From Rhizodiscina lignyota (lineage: Eukaryota): a stretch of DNA of 64,000 bases. A program made the translations under genes and the position numbers. The notes under the pieces were generated by a model. The model searched no databases. It worked only from the letters and a program-made list of their open reading frames with translations, and had not been told where the DNA came from. The DNA lies in the NCBI GenBank assembly GCA_010015805.1, contig ML978121.1:2976001-3040000 (forward strand). The letters run 5' to 3'. This document shows, in pieces, positions 12,688 to 24,735 of the stretch; the first letter of the stretch is position 1, and every line of letters begins with the position of its first letter.

Positions 12688-14231
12688 ATGCGTCGATTGC
12701 AAGCCGCTAATGCAGTACTCATCACCTTCTGTCGATTCGTTAGTGGCGGCCAATTTCATGATGAGCCGGACTCTCTTTCTTGGTACCACAAAGAAGTCGA
12801 TCTACTCGCTCAACTGAAATCGCGTCTCACGGGCTCGCTAAATCATAACTTGTTCATCAATCATTTAGAGTTAGAGCTTCAGAATTTTGGGTTAAAAGTC
12901 CTTGCGGACAACTTTGAATTTGCTTATGATGATGGACCTTTGGGCCCTTTGGGACTGAGAATTGAAGAGCAGAGCGTTGCCCCGTCGATGTTTGTTCCAT
13001 ACTCTGGCAATACTAATGCGGATGGGGTTACCGGAGAGCTGGTCACGATTGTCAATCCTGCACAAGGCTCGCCAGACTGGCAACATGCAATTGGTCGCAT
13101 TGCAGTTCTTAAAACATCAAATCCCCCATTCAATGCGGAAGCTGCATTAGCACCGTGGCCAGGATCTCCGCCTTGGGGCGATGTTGCAGCTGTTCCCGCT
13201 GCCACTGCCAATGGTGTAGTGAGGAACTTGACTGATGCTGCAGAAATGGGCGTCAAAGCCGTGATATATGCCTGGGACAATGTTACGGCCGCGAATGCGT
13301 TCGGGCAGTACGGACCGTTCAAAATGAATTATCAAGGCATCCCGGCCATCTACACCGCGGGCGAAACAACCACCCAGATCATGGAAGCTGCTAGTGACGG
13401 CAAAACAGCGACCGTCATGTTAAGGGGAAGTCTCAAATCCAATGCGACAACACGAACTCTTTGGACTCTCGTTGAAGGGACGGAACTGAAGAATGAAACT
13501 GTCATCATCAGCGTACGAAGCTCAACTTTCACATGTAACAAGAGCATAATCTAACTAATATATGTCAGACGCACACAGATGGAACGAATACTGTCGAAGA
13601 GAATGGACACCTGGCTCTTCTCGCAAAGGCCAGAGAATTGGCATCTTCTCCACCTCGGCATACGACTATCTTGGTGTTTTTGACCGGTCATCTCCATACC
13701 TCTGGGTTCACAGATACCGGAAGAGTCATGCAGCGATGGCTTTCCGATCACACTGACCTCTGGCGCGGACACGGTCCAAATGAATTAACGGGAGTTTTTG
13801 GTTCTTGCGTTGAGCATCTCGGCGCTGTTCATTGGTTCCAGGATTTGTCCTACGACCTGTACTATCCGACAGGCGAGTTTGAGCAGGAATGGCTCTATGC
13901 TGCCACAGAACAACTCACATCGCTTCTTGAAAAAGAATGGGAGGGGGTGATTCCTGGACTGCGACGGATTATCAATCCCATCAAGAGCGCTCCGAAGCAG
14001 GAACAGTCGGGCGAGGGCTTGCCATTTCTGTGGAACAACATCCCAGAGATATCGCTTGTGACTTCGCCGGACTGGCTGCTCAAATTGTGGCCTGAAAATT
14101 TTGATGAGAGGCAACTCTTGGATGTGACCGCTGCGAAACGGCAAGTGGACAGCTTTTTGAGGATATGGAGAGCTGTGGATGGCATGGAACGGGCCGATTT
14201 TGGAAAAGTATCGTACAAGAGGCCGGTCTAG
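12688..14231 (+). CDS. Uncharacterised PA-domain / M28 metallopeptidase-fold-like protein; 1 intron (13513-13568)
   Basis: Spliced VIIS-THTDGTNTVEENG, LVFLTGH and VEHLG resemble Zn-exopeptidase ligand motifs; PA-like segment AAEMGVKAVI...GIPAIY. Confidence 0.6.
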
Positions 14232-14828
14232 CTCTCACAGCGTTCTTTCGAAAATTCTTTCGGAATTATCGAATAGTTAATGATCGATCGGACACAGACC
14301 AGTCAGAGCAAATCACATGATCTGTTGCATGATTCATGCATAGATTTTCGCTCCGATTCGCCGACTCCGGAAGTAGGTATTTCTATATCTACCACTTCTG
14401 GTCCTCGGTCTTTACGCGCAGCATTTTGGCTATCAAGGAGGACCCACTCTGCGAACGTAACGCGGACAGTTTACTGTTTTAACCACTATCATTAACTCCG
14501 ACGGAGATCGCAGGTTCCCGGCACTCCACGGAGTTGAATCCTTCGTAGGGATCCCGTTGACCTTCCGCATTTGCCCCAAGCGTGGTTGCTTCGGTGGGTG
14601 CCACAACAGTGGTTCTCCTCACGTTTATCAGGCACAGAGTTACAATCAAGCTTCCATCTCATGCGGCCGCATCTCGTAAATGCAGTATGGTATCATAGAG
14701 CGCGCTATATGGCATGATGGCGCGTATTCGTCATTGTCAACAGCCCGAGCTGCAGATTAGCTGTCGTTCGCAGGTAATGTATAGCTATTTCGCGCCTCCC
14801 CGGCATTCTCTTTTTTTCTCTTACTCTC

Positions 14829-16799
14829 ATGCTCTCAGTTGATTTCATGATGCATTTAATCAACCTCTTTTGCCTCTACGCGTCGGGTTTCGCGTCTGTA
14901 CAGGCGCTCTCTGGCCCAATAAGTAGTTCTGATGGCTCAATAGTACGAAGGCAGTCTTCGGGAGATCCATACAAAATTTACACTATCGATCAGCCAGTAT
15001 GTCCTCTACTATTCCAATTTCCTTCGAAATTTAACAATTATGTACAGATTGATCATTTCCCGGACAGCCCCAGATATGAGCCGCACACGAAGGCGACGTT
15101 CAAGCAGAGGTACATCTTTGACAAGACTTACTACAAGCCGGGCGGACCTGTGTATCTCTACATAGGGGGCGAAGTAAATCTTGAGAGTCGTCTAGAGAAC
15201 CTTGAAAGTGGCATCATCAAAATCCTCATGCAAGCTACGGATGGCCTCGGAATTATACTGGAGAACCGGTATTATGGAGAAAGCTACCCTTTCGACACCA
15301 GCACGACAGACCAGCTGGCGTACCTGACTACGGAGCAAACCATTGCGGATAATGCTTACTTCGCGCAGCATGTCACCCTCCCCGGCGTCGAGGGTAACTT
15401 GAGTGCACCAGGGACTCCTTGGATTCTTTACGGGGGCTCTTTGGCTGGGGCTCAGACTGCATTCTCAGTCAAGACGTATGGAGGTAGCGGCACTGGCTTA
15501 CTTTGGGGAGGCATTGCTGCCAGTGGTGTGATACACTCACAGCATGCTTATCCTGAATGGTATGTTATCCCGTGGTGCAAACGTTAAGCCCAGAACTGTG
15601 CTAATTTGGTTCATGTAATTTAGGGTACGTTTCATACCATGCAATTGAGGAACGTACAAGACGACTAACTTGTTCCGGTTGATTGAAGTATAACCCCATC
15701 CAAAAATTTGCGGCTGGGGATTTTAGTATCAGCATCAATGCCATCATCGATAAGATGGACTATCTGGTGGCGCAGAAGAATACGAAAGCGATACAGGAAT
15801 TGAAAGAGATATTCGGCCTTGGAGCATTGAAAGATATTAGAGACTTTGCGATGACTATCGCGTTTCCGCTTGGAGGTCCGTCGTGTACCGTAACCAATGG
15901 CTGAACTAATTGCCGCAGGCCCAATGAACTACCCTACCAGCACGTGGCAAGAGCTGAACTGGTCTCCTCTCTACGGTTCAGACGATTTCTGGGATTTCAG
16001 CAACAACGTCACCCAATTGAACCCTCCTGCAAACAATACCGCCGTCGACCATCAGCTTGCCAAATACACCCATGGAGAGCCTTGGCTGAACTTGGGCAAC
16101 TACGCCGCCTACGTCAAGCGGGTTCTGCTTCCACTGTGCCCCAGCGGAGATTATAACGACGTGACTTGCTTCGGCACGCAAAACCAGACCTTCTATGCCG
16201 AAGTGGCCAACGGCGGATCCCGCAGTTACTTGTATACCACATGTACCGAGATGGGCGTATACCAGGTTGCTCAGCCGTCAGGCCCATCCCTAATCTCCCG
16301 TGTGCTACAGGTTGATTACACTCAGCAGTGGTGTGACTGGGCATTCCCACCAGGGAAATACAACTCCATTCCGAAAAACGGTGCGTACCCTGCTCGTGCA
16401 TATGCTAGTAGTGTACACTCATCAAGTTTTAGGGCCAAATGTGACCTGGTACAACCACTATGGAGACTTCAACTTCAAAGCCGACCGCCTGGCATTTATT
16501 GATGGTGAGTGCGAAACCGCACGTCTTATGACACGGAGGCTTCTTATCAAATCGAACTAATACACGGAACAGGAGAACAAGACGTTTGGAGGGACATTTG
16601 TTACCATTCAAGGGCAGCTCCGAACCCACGGTATTCGAGCGTCGATGGCCTGCACCCAGAGCATCTGATTGCGGGAGCTGGGCATCATTGGGACAGCTAT
16701 GGAATCAACAACATCAGTGCTGAACCTCAGTTCATCCGCAATGCCCACTTATGGGAGATAAGGGTCGTTGACAGATTCTTGGAAATGTGGAGTAAGTAG
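14829..16799 (+). CDS. Secreted serine carboxypeptidase, family S28; multi-intron, including a 1-nt exon at 15624
   Basis: Signal peptide; IDHF, TFKQRY, GGPVYLYIGGE, ENRYYGES, nucleophile GGSLAG, DGEQDVW, GHHWD. Confidence 0.9.
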
Positions 16800-17975
16800 T
16801 TTCGAGAACTTTAGTTATTGTCAAGGCGACCTGAGGCTAATACCGGCATAGAGAACTCCAAATCGAAGCGGGATGAGCTGTAGGAGAGCCATGGATGCAG
16901 AGACCATAGTGTGCGATCAAGGTTAAAGTCGTCCCCGTAAGCTTCGGTAGCCTACCCGATTCGTCAAACTGTCGATGGGGACAGTTGAAGATCAAACATG
17001 AAATATTCTGCACTCCCGGATTTCGACTTGTGCTTGATATATGGTGTATGTCCATCACAAGCAAAGGGATCTGATTTGCAAAGTTTATCAGTGTCTCACC
17101 GCTAAGCAACTCGCACGAGAGTGTCCTGAAGATAAGTTGAGGTTCGTTCGCGTAAATGCACACCCCTGATCGGAAATTTCTGGACAAGCACTCAAAAGCA
17201 GGGACTCATGCAACCTCTTTCTCGTTCGGATCGAGCGCCAAGAATGATCCGCAGGGAAAGGCCAGCCTATCAAATTTCCCTTGGATGTCCGTTGGATGCT
17301 ACCGCTTCAACACACTTTCTGCCAGAGCTCGTCTGCTTTCGCTGCCACAGCCTGTGTTTCTGAGTCCAATCACAACGCATATTGTCTTCTTCTGGGCGAA
17401 AATCGCAAGAATGGTGTGACTAAGGGAAAGGTGCCAAGTTTGAGCCTCCATTTGGTATCTGTGTGTGAAACAGGCTCCAAACTCAACGCAAAGCCCCGGC
17501 TGCTAAACTTGTAAATCCGCGGTGGAGATGCTAGATTCAGAACGACTTAACATGGAATTAGATAACCCGCTAGGTTGAGCGCAATTCAACAAGATCGGTA
17601 TCGACCAAGGCCTAACGTACAAAGCTCAGCCCCTTGCAATAGAGTACTACGCGTCGTCACGAGTTGACATGTCGGAGACTGCATGTCCAATCTCACTTCA
17701 ACTTGCGCAGAGCCGTAAGAAAAGTCTCAATCTTTACTTCCTTTTCAGTGTTTGAGTCTTGCATTAGCTCTGCTGTGTTTTTCAAGCCGACTCCCCCTGT
17801 CATTCTCCGTCGTTAATGAGCAGAGCAATGTTATGCTTGAGGAATTCTCGTGTTGGATAAACAGCATGAGACAATCTGAGGTTGAAGGGAACACACAAAG
17901 TTCTTGGTACGTATCGCGTGGCTGAGGGCAAATTGTTGCGTTGCCGAATTCCATTTGACTCGAACCTTGACAGTT

Positions 17976-19706
17976 CTAATTTGTATTTAAACGGCAGAAG
18001 CACGACGATTTGATCTCCACGTCAGCTACCGCCATCCCCTTCTTTAACTGTGCTTCACTCATTCGCGCTTCATTCGTTCTGCCGAGCCTTAGAAGGCATT
18101 CATGATAGCCGTGCGCTGACTGCATCACAGGATGTTAGCGAGGCAATTCCAGTATTAGCATAGGTGGTCACAGTGCCGCTCTTACCCAGACATTATTGGG
18201 ATGCCGCATCTGTCTCGGAAGCTCTTCAGTTATGCCCAGATCCGCCGTATATACTTTCATGGCATCTTCAACATGCCCCTGCTCAAGCAGCAGTGCCCCA
18301 TAAGCGTGGCGTGCTGGTTGCATCCAACCCCATGGCTCGTCATAGGGGAGTCCGTCTTCCCTGGCAATCGCTTCTCGAAGGTGTGCAAATGCAACCGAGA
18401 AGTCAGATCGCCGATACGAGATCTCGCCGTCCAGCATCGCTGCGGCAACGCGCAGGATGTCAACACACTTGTTGTTGAAGAGCGTACGAGACTCAGGGAC
18501 ACGCGCCAACGCTTCCTTGAACAGCCTCTGCTGCTCTTCTGCATTGGATACGTCCCCGGTCGACGCGAATGCAATGCCTTTCGCATAGTGTATCATAGCT
18601 GTCGTCGAACAGTAAAGCTCCGCATCCGAAGGGAGTACCAGATCAATGATATCTCGCCACATCCCAAAGCGAACAAGCGCATGGACTCTCATAGCCAGAA
18701 ACCCTTCCAACCAATCCGCCATCGGCGGACTCTCCACTCTCAGAAGCTCTTCTGGCATCGAAGCCTCGAGCTCCGCTACTGTGTCCAATGCAACATGGCT
18801 CTGCCCTGCAAATAAGGCTGCGTAGATCCGGAAATGGTAATCATGTGCTCGATAGAGTGTGTAGAACTTCACCGCGCCTGCCCGGGACAGATACTTCTCG
18901 TCTGCACGGATGGCATCGCTATTACTTTCGATAGCGCTGCTATAATCCCCAACTAGCACATCAATGTGTGTTGGCATGTGGTTAAGATGGCCTGCATCTG
19001 GGACTAATTTCCTCAACCCATTCGCCGCGGGAAGGGCGAGTTCAGGCGTAGGAGACATCTCCATAAGATGAATATACAGATGAAGTGCCCCAGGATGGTG
19101 TGGATTCTCATCCATCGCGCGTTCAAGAATAGTGCGCGCTTCCAGCGTTCGGGCATTTGAATTCGGTTTTCCTGTGTTGATATCCCACAGCTGCCAGGGT
19201 GTGAGGTTCATGAGTGCATCAGCGTAGAGTGTCGCAACATCAAGGTCGGTCGAAAAGCGCGCATATACAGGGGCCATAGCGTCAGCGTAGGATTGATTCC
19301 AATCCGACGGCTCTTTGTTCTCTTCCTGTCTTGGATACCGCGCTTGTAGTGCCCCGATCAGAGCCTGCTCAGCGAGTGTAGCTTTTGCAGCGTGCTCCTT
19401 TGCCTTCTCACATGCGCTACGCGCTCGCTCTAGCGTAATGCTGAGATCCTTCTCGTCGAAGAAGTCCCACGGCTTGTTGTAATTAGGTCCGAGAGTATAT
19501 GCGAGACCCCAGTGCGCCATAGCACACTCAGCGTCTTCAGTGATCGCCTTCTCGAAGCATGCGGCGGACTCTTCGTGGTTAAAGCCATAGTTCCAGATAA
19601 GGCCACGATTAAACCACTTCCGAGCGTCATGACTTGTTGTAGTTACTTCTCGCTGATACGATCCTAGATCGTAGTAGTCATCAGCTTCATTCGTCTCCCC
19701 GCTCAT
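17976..19706 (-). CDS. TPR-domain protein; 1 intron (18120-18185)
   Basis: WFNRGLIWNYGFNHEES, HPGALHLYIH, GHLNHMPTHI, LPYDEPWGW, HPNNVW-SAHGYHECL; C-terminus SSCFCR. Confidence 0.85.
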
Positions 19707-20044
19707 TGTGGGTTATTGGGCTCTTGCAGTAAAGAATACTTGCTCTTTGGACGATTTATTGACTGATTCGAAGTGTCATAACGAGTTCGACCTTTTAAAG
19801 CTACGTAGCTAGGTTGTGAATCGAAGAAGAGGCTTTTGAAGATGACATGCATCAAACTATATCGTTCTTAAAACTTCGCTTGCCAAGCTTCGCCAGATCG
19901 AATACTTTGCAAATGTGAAGTTACATAGAATGAGAAGAAGTTGATTGGCGAATATTTCTTGCCCGTCCCCGGCTAATTGATATATCCGCTACGTGTCCGT
20001 GGGCTGTGTTGGCAGTAATTAAAGTGTCGGCCGAATTTTGCAGG

Positions 20045-20065
20045 CCCCCCCCCCCCCCCCCCCCC
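20045..20065. repeat. Poly(C)21 homopolymer
   Basis: Read directly; lies between the divergent TPR and monooxygenase genes. Confidence 0.95.
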
Positions 20066-20432
20066 TGCCCCTGATACCAGGAATTGAGACTGCCGAGAAA
20101 CACAACCACAGAGCGTGTGATGGGTGTCTGAGCGGGCGGCGGTACGCGTCTTTGTTCAATTGCAGGCGCGTCGTCATCCGTGAAGAAATCATGTTCAATA
20201 AGAACAACTTGAGACGGGAGGATTTCTGCATGCGAACGTCATCTCGTATTTCATTCGACTTCTCGAAATGCTGTGTCGCTAGTCAAATCAGCCACAGACT
20301 CAGACTCATCAATTTTCAGGCAGCCGTCTAGTGATCCTGATATTCCGCCTGTGCGGGCATTAAATGACAGGTGAGAGAATATACAATGCTTTGATTGATC
20401 ACGAGGAGTTCAATTGTTGTGAAACCATCAAT

Positions 20433-21707
20433 ATGGCTAGACCACCAAGCCCCTCATCTTGCCCCTTGGCAGGGAAGAAGATTGTCGTCGCTGGCGCAGG
20501 AATAGCTGGATTGGCGTTCGCGATCTCTCTTCAGCATTTCTGGAACGAAGACCTGGGCAGCTATCCCGAGATTACACTGTACGAGCGTGAAGAGAAAGAG
20601 CCCGGAAGAGGACGCGAGGGGTACTCGCTCAGCATTCGTGGTGATAGTCGCTCTGGTGGTGTGCAAGCACTTCAAAAGATGGGTGTTTTGGAGAAACTTC
20701 TCGACGTCAGTATCACTGGAAGAGGGGGCGAGCGAGGGTCCTTTGGGTTTTGGGACCCCAACTGGAAGAGGATAGTAGAGATACGTTTGGAAAAGCCACG
20801 CGACCTGCCGGCTTCTGGAATGCGTATCGCCCGATGGCAGCTTCGACGCGTTCTTACAGAATCTGTTGCTGCGCATACAGAGATTGTATGGGGCGTTGCA
20901 TGCCTAGAAGTCTTGCCTTCGTCGGATACAAAGATACGCGTCCGACTAAGCGATGGGAAGGAAGAGGACTGTGATTTTCTCGTTGCCGCAGATGGTGCCA
21001 GCAGTAAGTTACGGGCCTCTGTCAGGCCAGCCGACATATTGCATTTCGCCGGTGCGGTATCAATAGGAGCTTCTTCGCGATTCCCCGGAGCACCTCCGGT
21101 GCCAGTCAATGAAGACTGGGGCATGGTCTTCAATCGCACAGGCACAGCACTCTTCGTGTCTCCAGTGGACGACCGAAGTGCTCTCTGGAATCTAAGCTAT
21201 ATAGCGGACTCGCCTCGAGACCCACAGCGACAACCGCTATCACCGGAGCAGACCGCTCAGATCCTTCAAGAAGCCAAGGAGCGCGGAAAATCTTTCAAAG
21301 AGCCTTTCCAAACCCTTGTTGACAATACCGACGTGTCTACTCTCAACATCTTCAACGCAAACGACAAACAGCCGTTCCCTCACGGCAAACAGAATGGTGT
21401 ACCCAACGGTATCGTCTTCATTGGTGACAGCAATCACGCCGTTAGTCCATTCGCCGGAAATGGTGCGAACATGGCGCTCATGGATGCATTCGATCTTGCG
21501 GAATGCTTGTGCGGACAACCGTCAATTGAGCAGGCTGTCAATGTATATGACAAACGAAGTATGCCACGCTGTTCTGCGACTGTGAAGATGTCGCATTTTA
21601 CAATCGGCCTAGTACACTCGACTGGATTACGTGGCCTGTTCTATCGGGCTATGCTTGGGTTGGCTGGAGTCATCTTGTCTGTGTTGTCTTGGAGGAAGCG
21701 ACGATAA
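20433..21707 (+). CDS. FAD-dependent monooxygenase (class A flavoprotein hydroxylase)
   Basis: Fingerprints GAGIAG, LVAADGASS and IGDSNHAVSPFAGNGANMALMD; intronless. Confidence 0.9.
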   Translation: MARPPSPSSCPLAGKKIVVAGAGIAGLAFAISLQHFWNEDLGSYPEITLYEREEKEPGRGREGYSLSIRGDSRSGGVQALQKMGVLEKLLDVSITGRGGERGSFGFWDPNWKRIVEIRLEKPRDLPASGMRIARWQLRRVLTESVAAHTEIVWGVACLEVLPSSDTKIRVRLSDGKEEDCDFLVAADGASSKLRASVRPADILHFAGAVSIGASSRFPGAPPVPVNEDWGMVFNRTGTALFVSPVDDRSALWNLSYIADSPRDPQRQPLSPEQTAQILQEAKERGKSFKEPFQTLVDNTDVSTLNIFNANDKQPFPHGKQNGVPNGIVFIGDSNHAVSPFAGNGANMALMDAFDLAECLCGQPSIEQAVNVYDKRSMPRCSATVKMSHFTIGLVHSTGLRGLFYRAMLGLAGVILSVLSWRKRR

Positions 21708-22230
21708 GTTATCAGGCCTGGTTGTATCACTCACCTTAATCTGTGCATATATGAGACTAATGCTAAATGATTGGCAACTTCGTCTTCATTTCCAGCGACA
21801 GACCTCTGCATTGTTGACTATCTCTCTACCTACAATGATTTGGCTTATGCGCAGTATGGTGCAGCCGGAAGGCAGTGCTCTCGCCTGCTCAGTTGATCAA
21901 CTGCCTTCCGGCTGGCGAATTATCGCGTTCTTGGTTCTAAGCTCCTCAGCTCTTGAAATAGTCCGCAACTCCTCGAGTTTCTTCATACCTCTGCTAATTG
22001 TTCTCCAGGTTTTGCTCTCGTCGTCAGTCTGTTATATCTCTGTCCGGCGGAGTCAGTCACGACCTTGTGAAGGCTGCTTAAAGATATCGCTTTTCACGAG
22101 AAGGTGGGATGTAGTCCTAAATGTTCAGTTGACTGAGATTAATGTCTATCGTTTAAGTGTACTGCAAATGTTTGACTTGTTCCAGCCATGTGCAACCCGA
22201 GTTATCTGTAAGCAAATAGCCGCTTGTGCT

Positions 22231-24083
22231 TTAAATGACATACTATATATTCGTTAGCCAAACATCACTCTCAAACGAATCAACAGACTTACTGGAATGA
22301 ATAAATATGGCACTCTCCTCTCATACTCCCTCCACGCCTCTCCATACTTCGCCCTGCACTTCACAATATCTCTCCACACACGATGGCTAATCATTGCCGT
22401 AAAGAACACTGGATAGAACCATGGGAACGGACTCCTAAAGCCCGTAATCGCGCCCCAACTCAACGCAAAGAAGAGGTCACACGAATAGTGCACCTTCCGC
22501 GCCAGTCCATACCAACCATCGCACAGGATCGTGTCACCCGTGCTCGAGCGGATGACTTTCGGGTTCTTGACTTCCTTCCATGGTAGTTGCGGGAAAGTGC
22601 GGCGGTCGAGAGCGACGCCGCGCTCGCGTGCGCGGAACATGTTTTTCTGCGAGTTGCAGGTGTCCCAGACCCAGTAGACGCCGAGATAGGCGATGAAGAG
22701 GGTGATGAGCGCAGGCTTGGGCCAGGCGTAGGTGGAAGGAGGATGGTTAGCGAGGTAGATGGTGCAGTGGCAGTAGGAGAGGGGCACGCCAGCGAGGTTC
22801 CAGAAGATGAGCATGAAGCCCCATTTTTCGTAGTACATGTCCCTGCGAGCGAATGGTAAGCGCAAAATGACTGAAAGTGTATGGATTTCAGGAAGGCTTA
22901 CCAAGTGGGCACGATCAGCTCCTCCCCTTTGCAGCATGCGTTCGCGTATAAGAAGTGTGCCATGAGAAGGAAGCACACTTCGCCAGAGACGTAGCCGTAT
23001 CGCTCGTATTGCCGTGCAGCAGTACCGAGACTGGTGAAGAAAAGAATGAACCACGGCAGTCTCACTTCGAAGAACATCTTGAAGTCCAGCCAGCCGAACA
23101 TTCGCGGATTCAGCTCTGCGCCCATGAAAAAGTCATAGACCGGATAGCCCGTCATCCTATGTTCCGCGCCCCGATATAGGGCAGAGACGTATGCAAGGAT
23201 CGAGACTATGTATCCAGATATGATGGCAACTGAGAGTAGTGGTCCGAACTCGTCGAGGAGGGTGTATAGCGGAAAGACGCCTGAGAAATGCAGCGCTACG
23301 ACTAGTACAATCGACGTGTAGAAACTGGACACGGCTGAGCAGTAGTACTTTAGCCTCTGGCCACCTAGGTGGTCCAGCGGCTTCCCTTCGGCGTAGACGC
23401 CGGGCATGAAGAGGTAGAACAGGCCCTGCACGATAAAGAACGTCCAGTATATGAGCCAAGCTTTTGCATGCGGAAAGGCGCCCGTGTACACTAGATGTCC
23501 CATCCACTTCAAGAAGTCGCCAAATGTCTGACCTGCTTGCCTTGTTGGGAAATGGCCATCATAGTATGTCGCACCAATCCACATGTACCACATTAGCAGT
23601 GGGAAGCCGACCATCAGGGCGCTGACGCCCCACGAGCCCCCAAACTCGAACTCGCCGCTGGTGTCGACTTTATGGTTTTTGGGCTTGACGGTGCCATTGG
23701 CCTTGACGGTGCCATTGGCCTTGACGGTGCCATTGGCCTTGACGGTGCCGTTGACATTGCCGTTGACATGAGGATCGAATTTCGCGTGACCATTTGCATG
23801 GCTATTAGCGTCCTCTTTAGCCTCGTCGCCCTCGTCAAGTGGTTCGCTGAGCGCTACGTTCGATTCTGAAGGGGCTGGTGTGGAATCCTCCTCGAGCTCG
23901 TGTGGGAGGACCGACTTGCGAGGACGGCCACGGCGGCCAGGTGTCTCGACGAAGCCCGGGTTGACTGGTTTTCTATGCGACTTCCATCAGCGTTCGGTCA
24001 TGATAATGATACGCTCAAATGCAGAGAATGAAGATGTACCGAGGCGTAACGCCTGCCCTTGAACGCGTCACCCTTTCCGTCAT
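22231..24083 (-). CDS. ERG4: Delta(24(28))-sterol reductase; 3 introns
   Basis: [78 protein letters not shown]. Confidence 0.95.
23684..23752 (-). repeat. 18-bp coding tandem repeat, (A)NGTVK x4, in the ERG4 N-terminus
   Basis: CTTGACGGTGCCATTGGC three times plus a partial copy. Confidence 0.9.
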
Positions 24084-24735
24084 TATGGCGAGCTTTGCTT
24101 GTCAAGAGCGAGTGTTAAATGCAGCGCTCGAATTTAGGTCAGAGATCGTCGTGAAGCATAGAAAAGGAGTGTTGAGGCCAATTGAGCCTAAATGAGTGCA
24201 AGTGGAACACAAATCGACGCGACAAATGCGCACTCGAAATTTGTAGTTGCACGTCAACAATCGACTCTGCCGCATCTGATTGGTCGTTGCGGAGCTCGGG
24301 TGTTTATGAACGAGGACCACGCCATCAACATCTATATTAATTATGTACGAGAAAAGAAGCTCATTTACTGTCACTTGAGGCAAAATATTTGGCAAAGTCG
24401 TATTATCAGTGCAGTGGCCTCGAGGTGGCCTCTGGTATTGTTGAACTCACAGTTGTGAGACTGTTAACCGCCAGCGGAAGAAGCCCCTGTTGACTTGTGA
24501 AATCAGATGGCTTAAATAGTCCTTTTGCGGGGAAGATCATCAAGTACCGTCCTAGTACTTGTGAGTTCCGCCTTCATATACTTGTCAAAGTCATCCGATG
24601 CAAGAGACCCCATTACGGTGGCTTCTGCCATTCTAATTTAATGCTTGATTGTAACAGTTTGAGCGGAAGAAGACGCTCTTCCAACTTGGTGAATTCATTG
24701 CATAAATCCGTAAATCCCGTATAAGAGTCTAGCTA

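Noticed and set aside
21631..22257. 208-aa plus-strand ORF between the monooxygenase and ERG4
   Set aside because: It spans convergent 3' ends, has no ATG start or motif, and is probably spurious.
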